This document shows, piece by piece, positions 14,418 through 27,030 of a stretch of DNA of 64,000 nt (position 1 is its first letter; each line of letters starts with the position of its first letter). The notes beneath the pieces were generated by a model. The model saw only the letters and a program-made list of their open reading frames with translations, did no database searches and was not told where the DNA came from. Source of the stretch: Macrostomum lignano (taxonomy: Eukaryota); the NCBI GenBank assembly GCA_002269645.1, contig NIVC01001797.1, positions 172,195 to 236,194 on the forward strand, read 5' to 3'. The position numbers and the translations under genes were made by a program.

Positions 14418-14468
14418 TAGTGTCTGTCTGTCTGTCTGTCTTAGTGTCTGTCTGTCTGTCTGTCTTAG

Positions 14469-14509
<41 letters not shown>

Positions 14510-14556
14510 TAGTGTCTGTCTGTCTGTCTGTCTTAGTGTCTGTCTGTGTCTGTCTG

Positions 14557-14593
<37 letters not shown>

Positions 14594-14620
14594 TAGTGTC
14601 TGTCTGTCTGTCTGTCTTAG

Positions 14621-14681
<61 letters not shown>

Positions 14682-14684
14682 TAG

Positions 14685-14745
<61 letters not shown>

Positions 14746-14748
14746 TAG

Positions 14749-14809
<61 letters not shown>

Positions 14810-14879
14810 TAGTGTCTGTCTTAGTGTCTGTCTGTCTGTCTGTCTGTTTGTCTGCCTGTCTGTTTGTCTGTCTGTCTGC

Positions 14880-14910
<31 letters not shown>

Positions 14911-14923
14911 CCTGTCTGTCTGC

Positions 14924-14960
<37 letters not shown>

Positions 14961-17167
14961 CATCTCCTCCCCCAGAGCCGACCCAGCCGACACATTCAAA
15001 TGCGCCCAGTGCGCGGATCAGTTGGAATCCCGCCAGGCCGTGCTCCGCCACGTCGCTCTGCACGGTCATGAGCGCTACCAGAAGAAGCGCCCGAAGATGA
15101 CGGCGCCGCCTGCGGGTGCGGCTGTGGCGGCAGCGCCGAGCGCGCCATCCGGGCCCTTTGACTGCGCCGTGTGCGGCCGCGGCCTCCCCGCGGTGTCGGA
15201 CCTGACAGCGCACGCCGCCCAGACCGGCCATTCGCAGTTCAAAGCCCAGCGCCGTCTCAGCCGAGGCCAGGAAGCTCTTCCAGCACAGTCGAAGCCGGCC
15301 GAGCCGCCGGCTGCAGTCGGAAGCTCGCGGCCTTCCCCAGTGGTGACTCTGGGCCCGTCCGAGCAGCTGTCCGTGTGCCTGCAGTGCACAGCCTGGACTG
15401 CCGGAGTTGTTGCTCAGAATGAGCACGGCAAACGGACTGGCCATTATTCGTTTCAGACTGTTCAGCACCGGAGCGGCGGCAGCGGCGGGCCGACCTCCTA
15501 CAAGTGTCTGCTGTGCCACCAGCGGATGAGCACGCCTGGACAGGTGAGCTTGTGGGCGCAATGATGCGGTCCAGTTTCTAAGAACTAGCTACAGACACAA
15601 TGATGCGGTCTAGTCTCTATCTAGCTAGCTACAGATAGAATGATGTGGTCCAGTTTCTAAGAACTAGCTACAGACACAATGATGCGTCCAGTTTCTAAGA
15701 ACTAGCTACAGACACAATGATGCGGTCTAGTCTCTATCTAGCTAGCTACAGATAGAATGATGTGGTCCAGTTTCTAAGAACTAGCTACAGACACAATGAT
15801 GCGTCCAGTTTCTAAGAACTAGCTACAGACACAATGATGCGGTCTAGTCTCTATCTAGCTAGCTACAGATAGAATGATGTGGTCCAGTTTCTAAGAACTA
15901 GCTACAGACACAATGATGCGGTACAGTTTCAATCTAACTAGCTACAGACACAATGATGCGGTCCAGTTTCAATCTAGCTAGCTACAGACACAATGATGCG
16001 GTCCAGTTTCAATCTAGCTAGCTACAGACACAATGATGCGGTCCAGTTTCTAAGAACTAGCTACAGACACAATGATGCGGTCCAGTTTCTAAAAACTAGC
16101 TACAGACACAATGATGCGGTCCAGTTTCTAAGAACTAGCTACAGACACAATGATGCGGTCCAGTTTCTAAGAACTAGCTACAGACACAATGATGCGGTCC
16201 AGTTTCTAAGAAACAGCTTCTGACACAATGATGCAGTCCGCATCATTATCACTCCCTAATGTCCCCAACCCGGCCGCAGGTGGCCAGCCACATCAGCCGG
16301 TTCTCGCACGAGAACTTCGCCAGCCTGGTAGACGATCGTTCGCGCCTGGCAGATGGGCCGCCGCCCGGGCAGGAGTTGCCCTACCTGAGAGTCCGGCTCT
16401 GCCCAATGCGGCCGGGCGAGTCACACCTGGCTCTGCTCATCGTAGCCCTAGCCGAAGAGTCCGCCGCAGCCGATATGGCCAGCCGCAGTCTGCAACTGGC
16501 CGTTGCTAGGCAGAATCTCGGCCTGCCGTACAGCGTCAATCTCTGCCGTGTGTGCGGCCTGAGATTCAGCAGCGCCAGCCCGGACGAGCTGCTGGCCCAC
16601 GCCAGGGCCGCTCATATTGGCGAGCGCGACTTAATGGACCGAAAAATCGCCCTGATGACTTTCATAACTGAATCAGCTGACAGTGCTACTGTCGGCAGTA
16701 GTGCCTGTCGATCATCTGTGTACCTCACCTGCCTGCTCTGCCCTAGTCGGCTCCGATTCGCTAGCGACCTGCCGCCGCATCTTAACGCGGCGCATCGCCG
16801 GCCGTGTCCGCTGTGCCAGAAGCCCATCCTGCTGCCGGACGGTCAGGCCAGCATGCGCCGGCATCTGCAGACTGTGTGCATCACCCGCTGCTCACTGTGC
16901 GACCGCTGTTTCCCTAGCGAAGCCCAGCTGCGCCGGCATCGCGACGCCGACCATTCGACCACAACGCTGCCGCCGCCTGTCAAACGACGGCGTCGCTCGA
17001 TTGTCGATTTTGGCGCCGCCGCGACGCAAACGCGCGACACCGGCGACGACCGTCTGCTGTTGTGCTTCACGTGTGGCGGCGAGTTCATCAGCTTGTCGGC
17101 GCTGAGGTCGCATCATTCGGAGTGCCGCCGGCGAGCAGCTGGCAGGTGTACAAATGGAAACTGTTAA
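13713..17167 (+). CDS. Multi-C2H2 zinc-finger protein, ~654 aa. Exons 13713-14221, 14976-15543, 16280-17167
   Basis: Repeated CxxC-x12-H-x3-5-H motifs (CANC...HKTASGH, CAQC...HVALHGH, CAVC...HAAQTGH, CLQC...HGKRTGH, CLLC...HISRFSH, CRVC...HARAAH, CSLC...HRDADH). The splice phases fit. The first donor (AG|GTGTCA) is weak and the 3' end could continue via a donor near 17146. Confidence 0.8.
14338..14960. repeat. (GTCT)n microsatellite with interspersed GTCTTAGT units, ZnF intron 1
   Basis: Visible. Confidence 0.95.
15558..16240. repeat. 39-bp minisatellite (AATGATGCGGTCCAGTTTCTAAGAACTAGCTACAGACAC), ZnF intron 2
   Basis: Visible tandem array with two alternating variants. Confidence 0.95.
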
Positions 17168-17177
17168 TCTGGGTTTA

Positions 17178-17600
17178 TGATGCGGTCCAGTTTCTCTTTG
17201 AATTATAGACACAATGATGCGGTCCAGTTTCTCTTTGAATTATAGACACAATGATGCGGTCCAGTTTCTCTTTGAACTATAGACACAATGATGCGGTCCA
17301 GTTTCTCTTTGAATTATAGACACAATGATGCGGTCCAGTTTCTCTTTGAATTATAGACACAATGATGCGGTCCAGTTTCTCTTTGAATTATAGACACAAT
17401 GATGCGGTCCAGTTTCTCTTTGAACTATAGACACAATGATGCGGTCCAGTTTCTCTTTGAACTATAGACACAATGATGCGGTCCAGTTTCTCTTTGAACT
17501 ATAGACACAATGATGCCGTCCAGTTTCTCTTTGAACTATAGACACAATGATGCGGTCCAGTTTCTCTTTAAACTATAGACACAATGATGCGGTCCAGTAT
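17178..17600. repeat. 37-bp minisatellite (AATGATGCGGTCCAGTTTCTCTTTGAATTATAGACAC)
   Basis: Visible tandem array, ~11 copies. Confidence 0.95.
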
Positions 17601-18071
17601 CTGCTAGTTTTAAAAAGAATCATGCTTTTTTCTTTCCTAAGTGCTTTGTGCGTTCCATTTTCCACAGCTTCCACTGATCATAATTTTGACAAGCTGTCAT
17701 GGAGAGTTGACGTTTACTTGAAGCAATATTAGAAGCAGTTATTATTTACTATTATTATACAGCAATTAGTAAAGTACTATTAACTATATCTATATTTTTG
17801 TGTCACCTTTTTGAGTCTTACTCTCCATCTCTACTTGAGCGCAATGCAATAATGGTTTGCTCATTTTATCCGGACCGCGCATGCAAATCTTTCAAGCGGC
17901 TTAGTTTTGCTTTTGCATTTTTTTCTGCTGGCTAATAAAAGTTTGTAACTTTTCGGATTGTTGCGGAATATTCTCTAAGTAGTGACTGCATTTTTGCTGT
18001 TTGGATAAATTTTATTGAATAAGCAAAAGTTTGCGACTTTTAATTCTTTGTTCTTTGTCAGCGAGAATTGT

Positions 18072-18666
18072 GTAAGTCATGCGGATTGTGTGGGGTCATG
18101 CGGATTGTGTGGGGTCATGCGGAGTGTGTGGGGTCATGCGGATTGTGTGGGGTCATGCAGATTGTGTGGGGTCATGCAGATTGTGAGGCGTCATGCAGAT
18201 TGTGAGGGGTCATGCAGATTGTGAGGGGTCATGCGGATTGTGTGGGGTCATGTGGATTGTGAGGGGTCATGCGGATTGTGAGGGGTCATGCGGATTGTGT
18301 GGGGTCATGCGGATTGTGAGGGGTCATGCGGATTGTGTGGGGTCATGTGGATTGTGAGGGGTCATGCGGATTGTGTGGGGTCATGTGGATTGTGAGGGGT
18401 CATGCGGATTGTGAGGGGTCATGCGGATTGTGTGGGGTCATGCGGATTGTGAGGGGTCATGCGGATTGTGTGGGGTCATGTGGATTGTGAGGGGTCATGC
18501 GGATTGTGTGGGGTCATGTGGATTGTGAGGGGTCATGCGGATTGTGAGGGGTCATGCGGATTGTGTGGGGTCATGCGGATTGTGAGGGGTCATGCGGATT
18601 GTGTGGGGTCATGCGGATTGTGGGGGGTCATGCGGATTGTGTGGGGTCATGCGGATTGTGTGGGGT
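18072..18666. repeat. 19-bp minisatellite (CATGCGGATTGTGTGGGGT)
   Basis: Visible tandem array. Confidence 0.95.
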
Positions 18667-19284
18667 TACATTCCGAGGCTTTCAGAGCTCAGCTCAAATA
18701 GAAGTCAAAGCCTGAAATATCCTTGGAGCAGATGTTTTCACTATAAAATATTTAAAGATTTGCACATCTGCGAGAATTCGGCATCTGGAAATTACTGGAA
18801 TTGAAAATAAGAGTCAATGAGAAAGCATTTTATTTTTCATAATTCTCAAGCTCGAATAACTGATGGCTGCAAGTACTTAAAAAGGACCGAACAGTCTGTC
18901 GTTACGAGCGATATAGCAAATAATGCTTGATTTATGATCCCTTGCACGTCATGCTCTTCTCAATCAGGCGGGGCTGGAATTTAGCTTTAAAATAATCCGT
19001 TCGCTCCCCCGGATAACCCCGGGCTTAATGCGCTGTCGCGTGCGTGTTGAAAATTCAGTCTCCGGCATGCTGCTGCTGGCGTCATGCTGAGATGTAATAA
19101 GTAGCGATGCGCGCATTTCAAAGGCTCTCGCCCAGGCGATCGTGTTCCTGAGGTGACCCCGAAGAGATCCCCCTTTCTCAGTCATTTGGATACTGAGACA
19201 CCGAAACCCTGAACTCTACATGTATGTTTAGGCAGGAACTGGAGACTACTGTGGCAGTTATTTGTCTGAAAATAAACCCCGATC

Positions 19285-20050
19285 CCGATAGCTCCCCCTC
19301 CCGATGGCTCCCCCTCCCGATAGCTCCCCCTCCCGATGGCCCCCCCTCCCGATGGCTCCCCTCCCGATGGCTCCCCCTCCCGATAGCTCCCCCTCCCGAT
19401 GGCCCCCCTCCCGATGGCTCCCCCTCTCGATGGCTCCCCCTCCCGATAGCTCCCCCTCCCGATTGCTCCCCCTCCCGATAGCTCCCCCTCCCGATGGCTC
19501 CCCCTCTCGATGGCTCCCCCTCCCGATAGCTCCCCCTCCCGATGGCTCCCCCACTCGATGACTCCCCATCCCGATAGCTCCCACTCCCAATGGCTCCTCC
19601 TCCCGATAGCTCCCCCTCCCGATGGCTCCCCCTCCCGATAGCTCCCCCTCCCGATGGCTCCCCCTCTCGATGGCTCCCCCTCCCGATAGCTCCCCCTCCC
19701 GATGGCTCCCCCTCTCGATGGCTCCCCCTCCCGATGGCTCCCCCTCCCGATAGCTCCCCCTCCCGATGGCTCCCCCTCTCGATGGCTCCCCCTCCCGATA
19801 GCTCCCCCTCCCGATGGCTCCCCCTCTCGATGGCCCCCCTCCCGATAGCTCCCCCTCTCGATGGCTTCCCCTCCGATAGCTCCCCTCCCGATAGCTCCCC
19901 CTCCCGATAGCTCCCCCTCTCGATGGCTCCCCCTCCCGATAGCTCCCCCTCTCGATAGCTCCCCCTCCCGATAGCTCCCCCTCTCGATGGCTCCCCCTCC
20001 CGATGGCTCCCTACCGATGGCTCCCTACCGATGGTTTTCCTCCCGATGGC
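19285..20050. repeat. 16-bp C-rich minisatellite (CTCCCCCTCCCGAT[GG/AG])
   Basis: Visible tandem array. Confidence 0.95.
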
Positions 20051-20214
20051 TGCCCCCATGGCACCCCTACGATGGCGCCTTCGGATGGCCTTTCCCAATA
20101 GCGTCTCTCACGATGGTGCATTCCGATGGCGCCCCTGCTACTGATCGAGCCTCGGCCTCGCCAATCAAGAGTCCTGGCTAAGCTCTTGCACCAGGAAAAA
20201 CCGACAGACCACTG

Positions 20215-21065
20215 AGACAGATGGACACACTGAGAATAGATGGACACACACTGAGAATAGATGGACACAAACTGAGAATAGATGGACACACACTGAGGAT
20301 GGAGGGACACACACTGAGGATAGATGGACACACACTGAGAATAGATGGACACACACTGAGGATAGATGGACACACACTGAGGATGGAGGGACACACACTG
20401 AGGATAGATGGACACACACTGAGGATGGAAGGACACACACTGAGGATGGATGGACACACACTGAGGATGGAGGGACACACACTGAGGATGGAGGGACACA
20501 CACTGAGGATGGAGGGACACACACTGAGGATAGATGGACACACACTGAGAATAGATGGACACAAACTGAGAATAGATGGACACACACTGAGGATGGAGGG
20601 ACACACACTGAGGATAGATGGACACACACTGAGAATAGATGGACACACACTGAGGATGGAGGGACACACACTGAGGATAGATGGACACACACTGAGAATA
20701 GATGGACACACACTGAGGATAGATGGACACACACTGAGGATGGAGGGACACACACTGAGGATAGATGGACACACACTGAGGATGGAAGGACACACACTGA
20801 GGATGGATGGACACACACTGAGGATGGAGGGACACACACTGAGGATAGATGGACACACACTGAGAATAGATGGACACACACTGAGGATAGATGGACACAC
20901 AGAGGATGGAAGGACACACACTGAGGATAGATGGACACACACTGAGGATGGAAGGACACACACTGAGAATAGATGGACACACACTGAGGATAGATGGACA
21001 CACACTGAGGATGGACGGACACACACTGAGTATATATCGACACAAACTGAGGATATAAGGACACA
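20215..21065. repeat. 21-bp minisatellite (GAGGATAGATGGACACACACT)
   Basis: Visible tandem array, ~40 copies. Confidence 0.95.
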
Positions 21066-21340
21066 CTGATCTATAGAAATCTGCTAGTTCAAAAATCCTG
21101 TTAATTACATGCACGAGTAATGATTAAAACAAAGGCCATTATTTGTAGCGTAGCATCTCATTAAACAGTAAATAAACAGTAAAAGACCACAGTAAACAGC
21201 TACCCAGCGGGGGATGAGAGCAAGCCTAGAACCACTGTCTAGTTACTCAGCTCATACAGTTGAGTCGCCTGTCTTTCTCCGTGACCTTATATTAATTAAT
21301 TACTCATCAGGATGAAGAATGTGGTCTTGCAGGACTGCGA

Positions 21341-21405
<65 letters not shown>

Positions 21406-21426
21406 CACAGACAGACAGACAGACAC

Positions 21427-21457
<31 letters not shown>

Positions 21458-21458
21458 C

Positions 21459-21489
<31 letters not shown>

Positions 21490-21498
21490 CACAGACAC

Positions 21499-21532
<34 letters not shown>

Positions 21533-21536
21533 GCTA

Positions 21537-21572
<36 letters not shown>

Positions 21573-21576
21573 GCTA

Positions 21577-21674
<98 letters not shown>
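21341..21674. repeat. (AGAC)n microsatellite with ACGCTAAGAC interruptions
   Basis: Visible. Confidence 0.95.
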
Positions 21675-21675
<1 letters not shown>

Positions 21676-22244
21676 TCCAGCGGCAGTGCGGACAGCCCGA
21701 GCGCAGCATCCGGCCACCTGTCACTCTTTCGGCCAGCCCCTCCCCAGTCATCCTCCCTTATCTTTTTATCCGCTTCATATTTTCGATAATATTAAAAGCC
21801 GAAAAATATTGTCTGCGATGGGCTTGCGGTTTATTTATACATTTGACGCTTGGCTGAGGAGTTTCGCAGCGCCGTTAGAGGGATTTTATCTGATTGCAAT
21901 AAAAAAATCCTCAGTTGTTTCATCCCTGCTGAATGGGAAAAAAACGCTTTGAAATTTAAAACCAAGCCTGTTGGATCGGAGTAGCGCGTGATTATTTTTT
22001 GCGATGAGGGGCTCGGGAAGCTGTGTTTTGCGCTTATTAAAGAGTGAAAAATAAATATTCTGACTTTTACGCACTGAATGTGCACTTGCTCTTGGGATTA
22101 CAGGAATATGACAGTTTTAAACAAAAGCCTATATTTTTGTTAGTTTACGAAGCAATTTGACAGCGATGCAGAATTCGATGGGTTGAAATTTGAGATATTC
22201 TACGAGTGTGTGCAGGTTAGGGTTCTGGTAGACTTTCTAGCCCA

Positions 22245-22690
22245 CCAGCTCCTCTCAGTAGAGCCTACCAGCTCCTTTCAGTAGAGCCTATCAGCTCTTC
22301 TCAGTAGAGCCCACCAGCTCCCTTCAGTAGAGCCTACCAGCTCCTTTCAGTAGAGCCTATCAGCTCTTCTCAGTAGAGCCTACCAGCTCCTCTCAGTAGA
22401 GCCTACCAGCTCCTCTCAGTAGAGCCTACCAGCTCCCTTCAGTAGAGCCTACCAGCTCCTTTCAGTAGAGCCTACCAGATCCTCTCAGTAGAGCCTATCA
22501 GCTCCCTTCAGTAGAGCCTACCAGCTCCTCTCAGTAGAGCCTACCAGCTCCCTTCAGTAGAGCCTACCAGCTCCTCTCAGTAGAGCCTATCAGCTCCCTT
22601 CAGTAGAGCCTACCAGCTCCTCTCAGTAGAGCCTATCAGCTCCCTTCAGTAGAGCCTACCAGCTCCTCTCAGTAGAGCCTACCAGCTCCC
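22245..22690. repeat. 23-bp minisatellite (CAGTAGAGCCTACCAGCTCCTCT)
   Basis: Visible tandem array. Confidence 0.95.
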
Positions 22691-22807
22691 CGCATATTTG
22701 AGCCTCACAGTACATTACAACTCAAAGTAGCAACCTAAACTCCATCGATAAAGCATCTCAATCTTTCTAATTACAGAATCAGTATTAATCCTCAGTTCTG
22801 TAACAAA

Positions 22808-23268
22808 TTATTCAACTTTCTGTTGTTCATCCTCGGCCGCGGACTGGTTGGTGCAGTGGTCGGCCGTCACCGACACCGCGGTCAGCGGCTCCAGCTCCGC
22901 CTCGACGATCGCTTCGCAGATTTCGGCGTACTTGTGGAATGACAGAAACCCGGCGGTCACCATGCCCTCGAGGGTCTTCATCTCCTTCTTGGCGTCGGTG
23001 GACAGGTTGCTGGGGATCGGCTTGAAGCTCCAGCGACCCTCATGCGGCTGCTGCTGCGACTGCCGCTGCCTGGAAGAGCGCTTCCGCTGCTGCCGCTGCA
23101 GATCCTTGCTGTTGCTGCTGCTGCTAGAAGCTGCCAAAGCGACGTCAATGGAACGGCAATTATCTCTGCCCCTGCAGCTGCTGGTGTTGCTTTTGCCGCC
23201 GCCGCTGCTGCCATGGTTGTTGCTGCCCGGCTGCTTGGAGATGCACTGCAGAACCAGACCCATCATGC
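22808..23268 (-). CDS. Hypothetical small protein exon (~150 aa, Ser/Gly/Gln-rich N-half, then EGRWSFKPIPSNLS...KYAEICEAIVEAELEP). May be joined to an upstream mini-exon ATGCCAACAG at 24950-24941
   Basis: GC-rich, exon-like composition in AT-rich surroundings and an open frame to TAA at 22808. An upstream strong donor CAG|GTGAGT at 24940 is phase-compatible with the acceptor at 23269. No family recognised. Confidence 0.4.
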
Positions 23269-23367
23269 CTTGGCGGGGTGGCAAAATTTGATTTAGCCGC
23301 GTAAAATATTAGTGTAGTAGTTTAAGGCAATGGTGAATGAGATGCGGTTCCTCATCGGGTCTCTTCT

Positions 23368-23760
23368 CATCAGTAAACGGGGATTCTTCAGTAAATGGGG
23401 ATTCTTATCAGTAAATGGGGATTCTCATCAGTAAAATGGGATTCTCATCAGTAAAATGGGGATTCTTATCAGTAAATGGGGATTCTCATCAGTAAAATGG
23501 GGATTCTTATCAGTAAATGGGGATTCTTATCAGTAAATGGGGATTCTTATCAGTAAATGGGGATTCTCATCAGTAAATGGGGATTCTTATCAGTAAATGG
23601 GGATTCTCATCAGTAAAATGGGGATTCTTATCAGTAAATGGGGATTCTTATCAGTAAATGGGGATTCTTATCAGTAAATGGGGATTCCCATCAGTAAATG
23701 GAGATTCCTATCAGTAAATGGAAATTCCCATCAGTAAATGAGGATTTCCATCAGTGAATA
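23368..23760. repeat. 20-bp minisatellite (ATCAGTAAATGGGGATTCTT)
   Basis: Visible tandem array. Confidence 0.95.
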
Positions 23761-24204
23761 AAGTTTTCCTATCAAGAAATGAAGTTTCCCATCAACATTT
23801 TGTCCCCCAAATCTTCCCATTAATAAATGATAAGACTTCCCATCTTCAGCCTCATCAGCAAAGTCTCTGCAGCTTCTCTGAAGAGCAGGGACTGTCTTTA
23901 ATCGGGTAATGACAACAGAAAGTTGCTTGCTAATCTCATGGAGATCCTTTCTTATCAGACGATTGCATAATTTAAAATTGAATACTTAGAAACCTGCTGA
24001 TCATGGATTAACTTTCAATGGCTAGGCTAAGACGCCACCGGAGTCCTTGAGATTTTTGACAGCTCGAGAACGGCAAAGCGACTTAAAGTCAGCCTAAACT
24101 TGACTACTTAAGGATTAAAAGGGCGAGCTGTCTCATTTATGTTTTATCCTCCACACAGGCCTCGTAAAAAATAAAGTTAAAGCTGTACTAGCACTACCGA
24201 CAAT

Positions 24205-24855
24205 AAAAATCAGAAACTGGACCGCATCATTGCAGCTGTGCTATCATAAATCAGAAACTGGACCGCATCATTGCAGCTGTGCTATCATAAATCAGAAACT
24301 GGACCGCATCATTGCAGCTGTGCTATCATAAATCAGAAACTGGACCGCATCATTGCAGCTGTGCTATCATAAATCAGAAACTGGACCGCATCATTGCAGC
24401 TGTGCTATCATAAATCAGAAACTGGACCGCATCATTGCAGCTGTGCTATCATAAATCAGAAACTGGACCGCATCATTGCAGCTGTGCTATCATAAATCAG
24501 AAACTGGACCGCATCATTGCAGCTGTGCTATCATAAATCAGAAACTGGACCGCATCATTGCAGCTGTGCTATCATAAATCAGAAACTGGACCGCATCATT
24601 GCAGCTGTGCTATCATAAATCAGAAACTGGACCGCATCATTGCAGCTGTGCTATCATAAATCAGAAACTGGACCGCATCATTGCAGCTGTGCTATCATAA
24701 ATCAGAAACTGGACCGCATCATTGCAGCTGTGTTATCATAAATCAGAAACTGGACCGCATCATTGCAGCTGTGTTATCATAAATCAGAAACTGGACCGCA
24801 TCATTGCAGCTGTGTTATCATAAATCAGAAACTGGACCGCATCATTGCAGCTTTA
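24205..24855. repeat. 41-bp minisatellite (AAATCAGAAACTGGACCGCATCATTGCAGCTGTGCTATCAT), ~15-16 near-identical copies
   Basis: Visible tandem array. Confidence 0.95.
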
Positions 24856-25277
24856 CTCAAAGCTACATATGTATAAATCCAAAATAGATAGGGTTTTCAA
24901 CAAACCATTACAAATCAGTAGAATCAGAAAACTAACTCACCTGTTGGCATAATCAGAGGGAAGTTGCTACTTTATACTATTAGACTGTTGCAAATTTCAC
25001 CGTGCAGTTAGTGGCGATGCGGTTAGCCGGCTTCGGGAGATTCTAATTTGTAGCGGGTGGAAGCGAGAATGCCTTTGAAAAATAGCTCTCCAACTTTCAT
25101 AAGGACATTCAGAGCCAATGAGACCCGCATGCATCGAGAATTCCTTCAGCGAATGAGCACTCAACTCGCTAAAGGGGCAGCTGAGTGCTACTTATATAAG
25201 TAGCTTAAATGCGCATGACGTGCCTCAGACTCCATTAGAATATGGGAGGCTGGCGGTGGCCCAGCAACTGGCATGGT

Positions 25278-27030
25278 GATCTGGGAGAGTTTGATGTGGC
25301 CCTGAGGATCTGGGAGGGTTTGATGTGGCCCTGAGGATCTGGGAGGGTTTGATGTGGCCCTGAGGATCTGGGAGGGTTTGAGGTGGCCCAGAAACTGAGG
25401 ATCTGGTAGGGTTTGAGGTGGCCCTGAGGATCTGGGAGGATTTGAGGTGGCCCTGGTGATCTGGGAGGATTTGAGGTGGCCCTAAGGATCTGGGAGGGTT
25501 TGAGGTGGCCCTGAGGATCTGGGAGGGTTTGAGGTGGCCCTGAGGATCTGGTAGGGTTTGAGGTGGCCCTGGGGATCTGGGAGGGTTTGAGGTGGCCCTG
25601 AGGATCTGGGAGGGTTTGAGGTGGCCCTGGGGATCTGGGAGGGTTTGAGGTGGCCCTGAGGATCTGGAAGGGTTTGAGGTGGCCCTGAGGATCTAGGAGC
25701 TAGGGTTTGAGGTGGCCCTGGGGATCTGGGAGGATTTGAGGTGGCCCTGAGGATCTGAGAGGGTTTGAGGTGGCCCTGGGGATCTGGGAGGATTTGAGGT
25801 GGCCCTGAGGATCTGAGAGGGTTTGAGGTGGCCCTGGGGATCTGGGAGCTAGGGTTTGAGGTGGCCCTGAGGATCTGGAAGGGTTTGAGGTGGCCCTGAG
25901 GATCTGGGAGGGTTTGAGGTGGCCCTGGGGATCTGGGAGCTAGGGTTTGAGGTGGCCCTGAGGATCTGGGAGGGTTTGAGGTGGCCATGAGGATCTGGGA
26001 GCTAGGGTTTGAGGTGGCCCTGAGTATCTGGGAGGGTTTGAGGTGGCCATGAGGATCTGGGAGCTAGGGTTTGAGGTGGCCCTGAGGATCTGGGAGGGTT
26101 TGAGGTGGCCATGAGGATCTGGGAGCTAGGCTTTGAGGTTGCCCTGAGGATCTGGAAGGGCTTGAGGTGGCCCTGGGGATCTGGGAGCTAGGGTTTGAGG
26201 TGGCCCTGAGTATCTGGGAGGGTTTGAGGTGGCCATGAGGATCTGGGAGCTAGGGTTTGAGGTGGCCCTGAGGATCTGGGAGGGTTTGAGGTGGCCATGA
26301 GGATCTGGGAGCTAGGCTTTGAGGTTGCCCTGAGGATCTGGAAGGGCTTGAGGTGGCCCTGGGGATCTGGGAGCTAGGGTTTGAGGTGGCCCTGAGGATC
26401 TGGGAGGGTTTGAGGTGGCCATGAGGATCTGGGAGCTAGGGTTTGAGGTGGCCCTGAGGATCTGGAAGGGTTTGAGGTGGCCCTGAGGATCTGGGAGGGT
26501 TTGAGGTGGCCCTGGGGATCTGGGAGCTAGGGTTTGAGGTGGCCATGAGGATCTGGGAGGGTTTGAGGTGGCCCTGGGGATCTGGGAGCTAGGGTTTGAG
26601 GTGGCCCTGAGGATCTGGAAGGGTTTGAGGTGGCCCTGAGGATCTGGGAGGGTTTGAGGTGGCCCTGGGGATCTGGGAGCTAGGGTTTGAGGTGGCCCTG
26701 AGGATCTGGGAGGGTTTGAGGTGGCCCTGAGGATCTGGTAGGGTTTGAGGTGGCCCTGGGGATCTGGGAGGGTTTGAGGTGGCCCTGAGGATCTGGGAGC
26801 TAGGGTTTGAGGTGGCCCTGGGGATCTGGGAGGGCTTGAGGTGGCCCTGGGGATCTGGGAGGGCTTGAGGTGGCCCTAGGGATCTATGAGGGTTTGAGGT
26901 GGCCTTGCATGAGGATCTGGGAGGGTTTGAGGTGGCCCTGAAGAACTTGGAGGGTTTGAGGTGGCCCAGCAACTGAGGATCTGGGAGGGTTTAAGTTGGC
27001 CCAGCAACTGAGGATCTGGGAGGGTTGAGA
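25278..27030. repeat. 29/32-bp G-rich minisatellite (GAGGATCTGGGAG[CTA]GGTTTGAGGTGGCCCT)
   Basis: Visible tandem array, ~1.75 kb. Confidence 0.95.
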
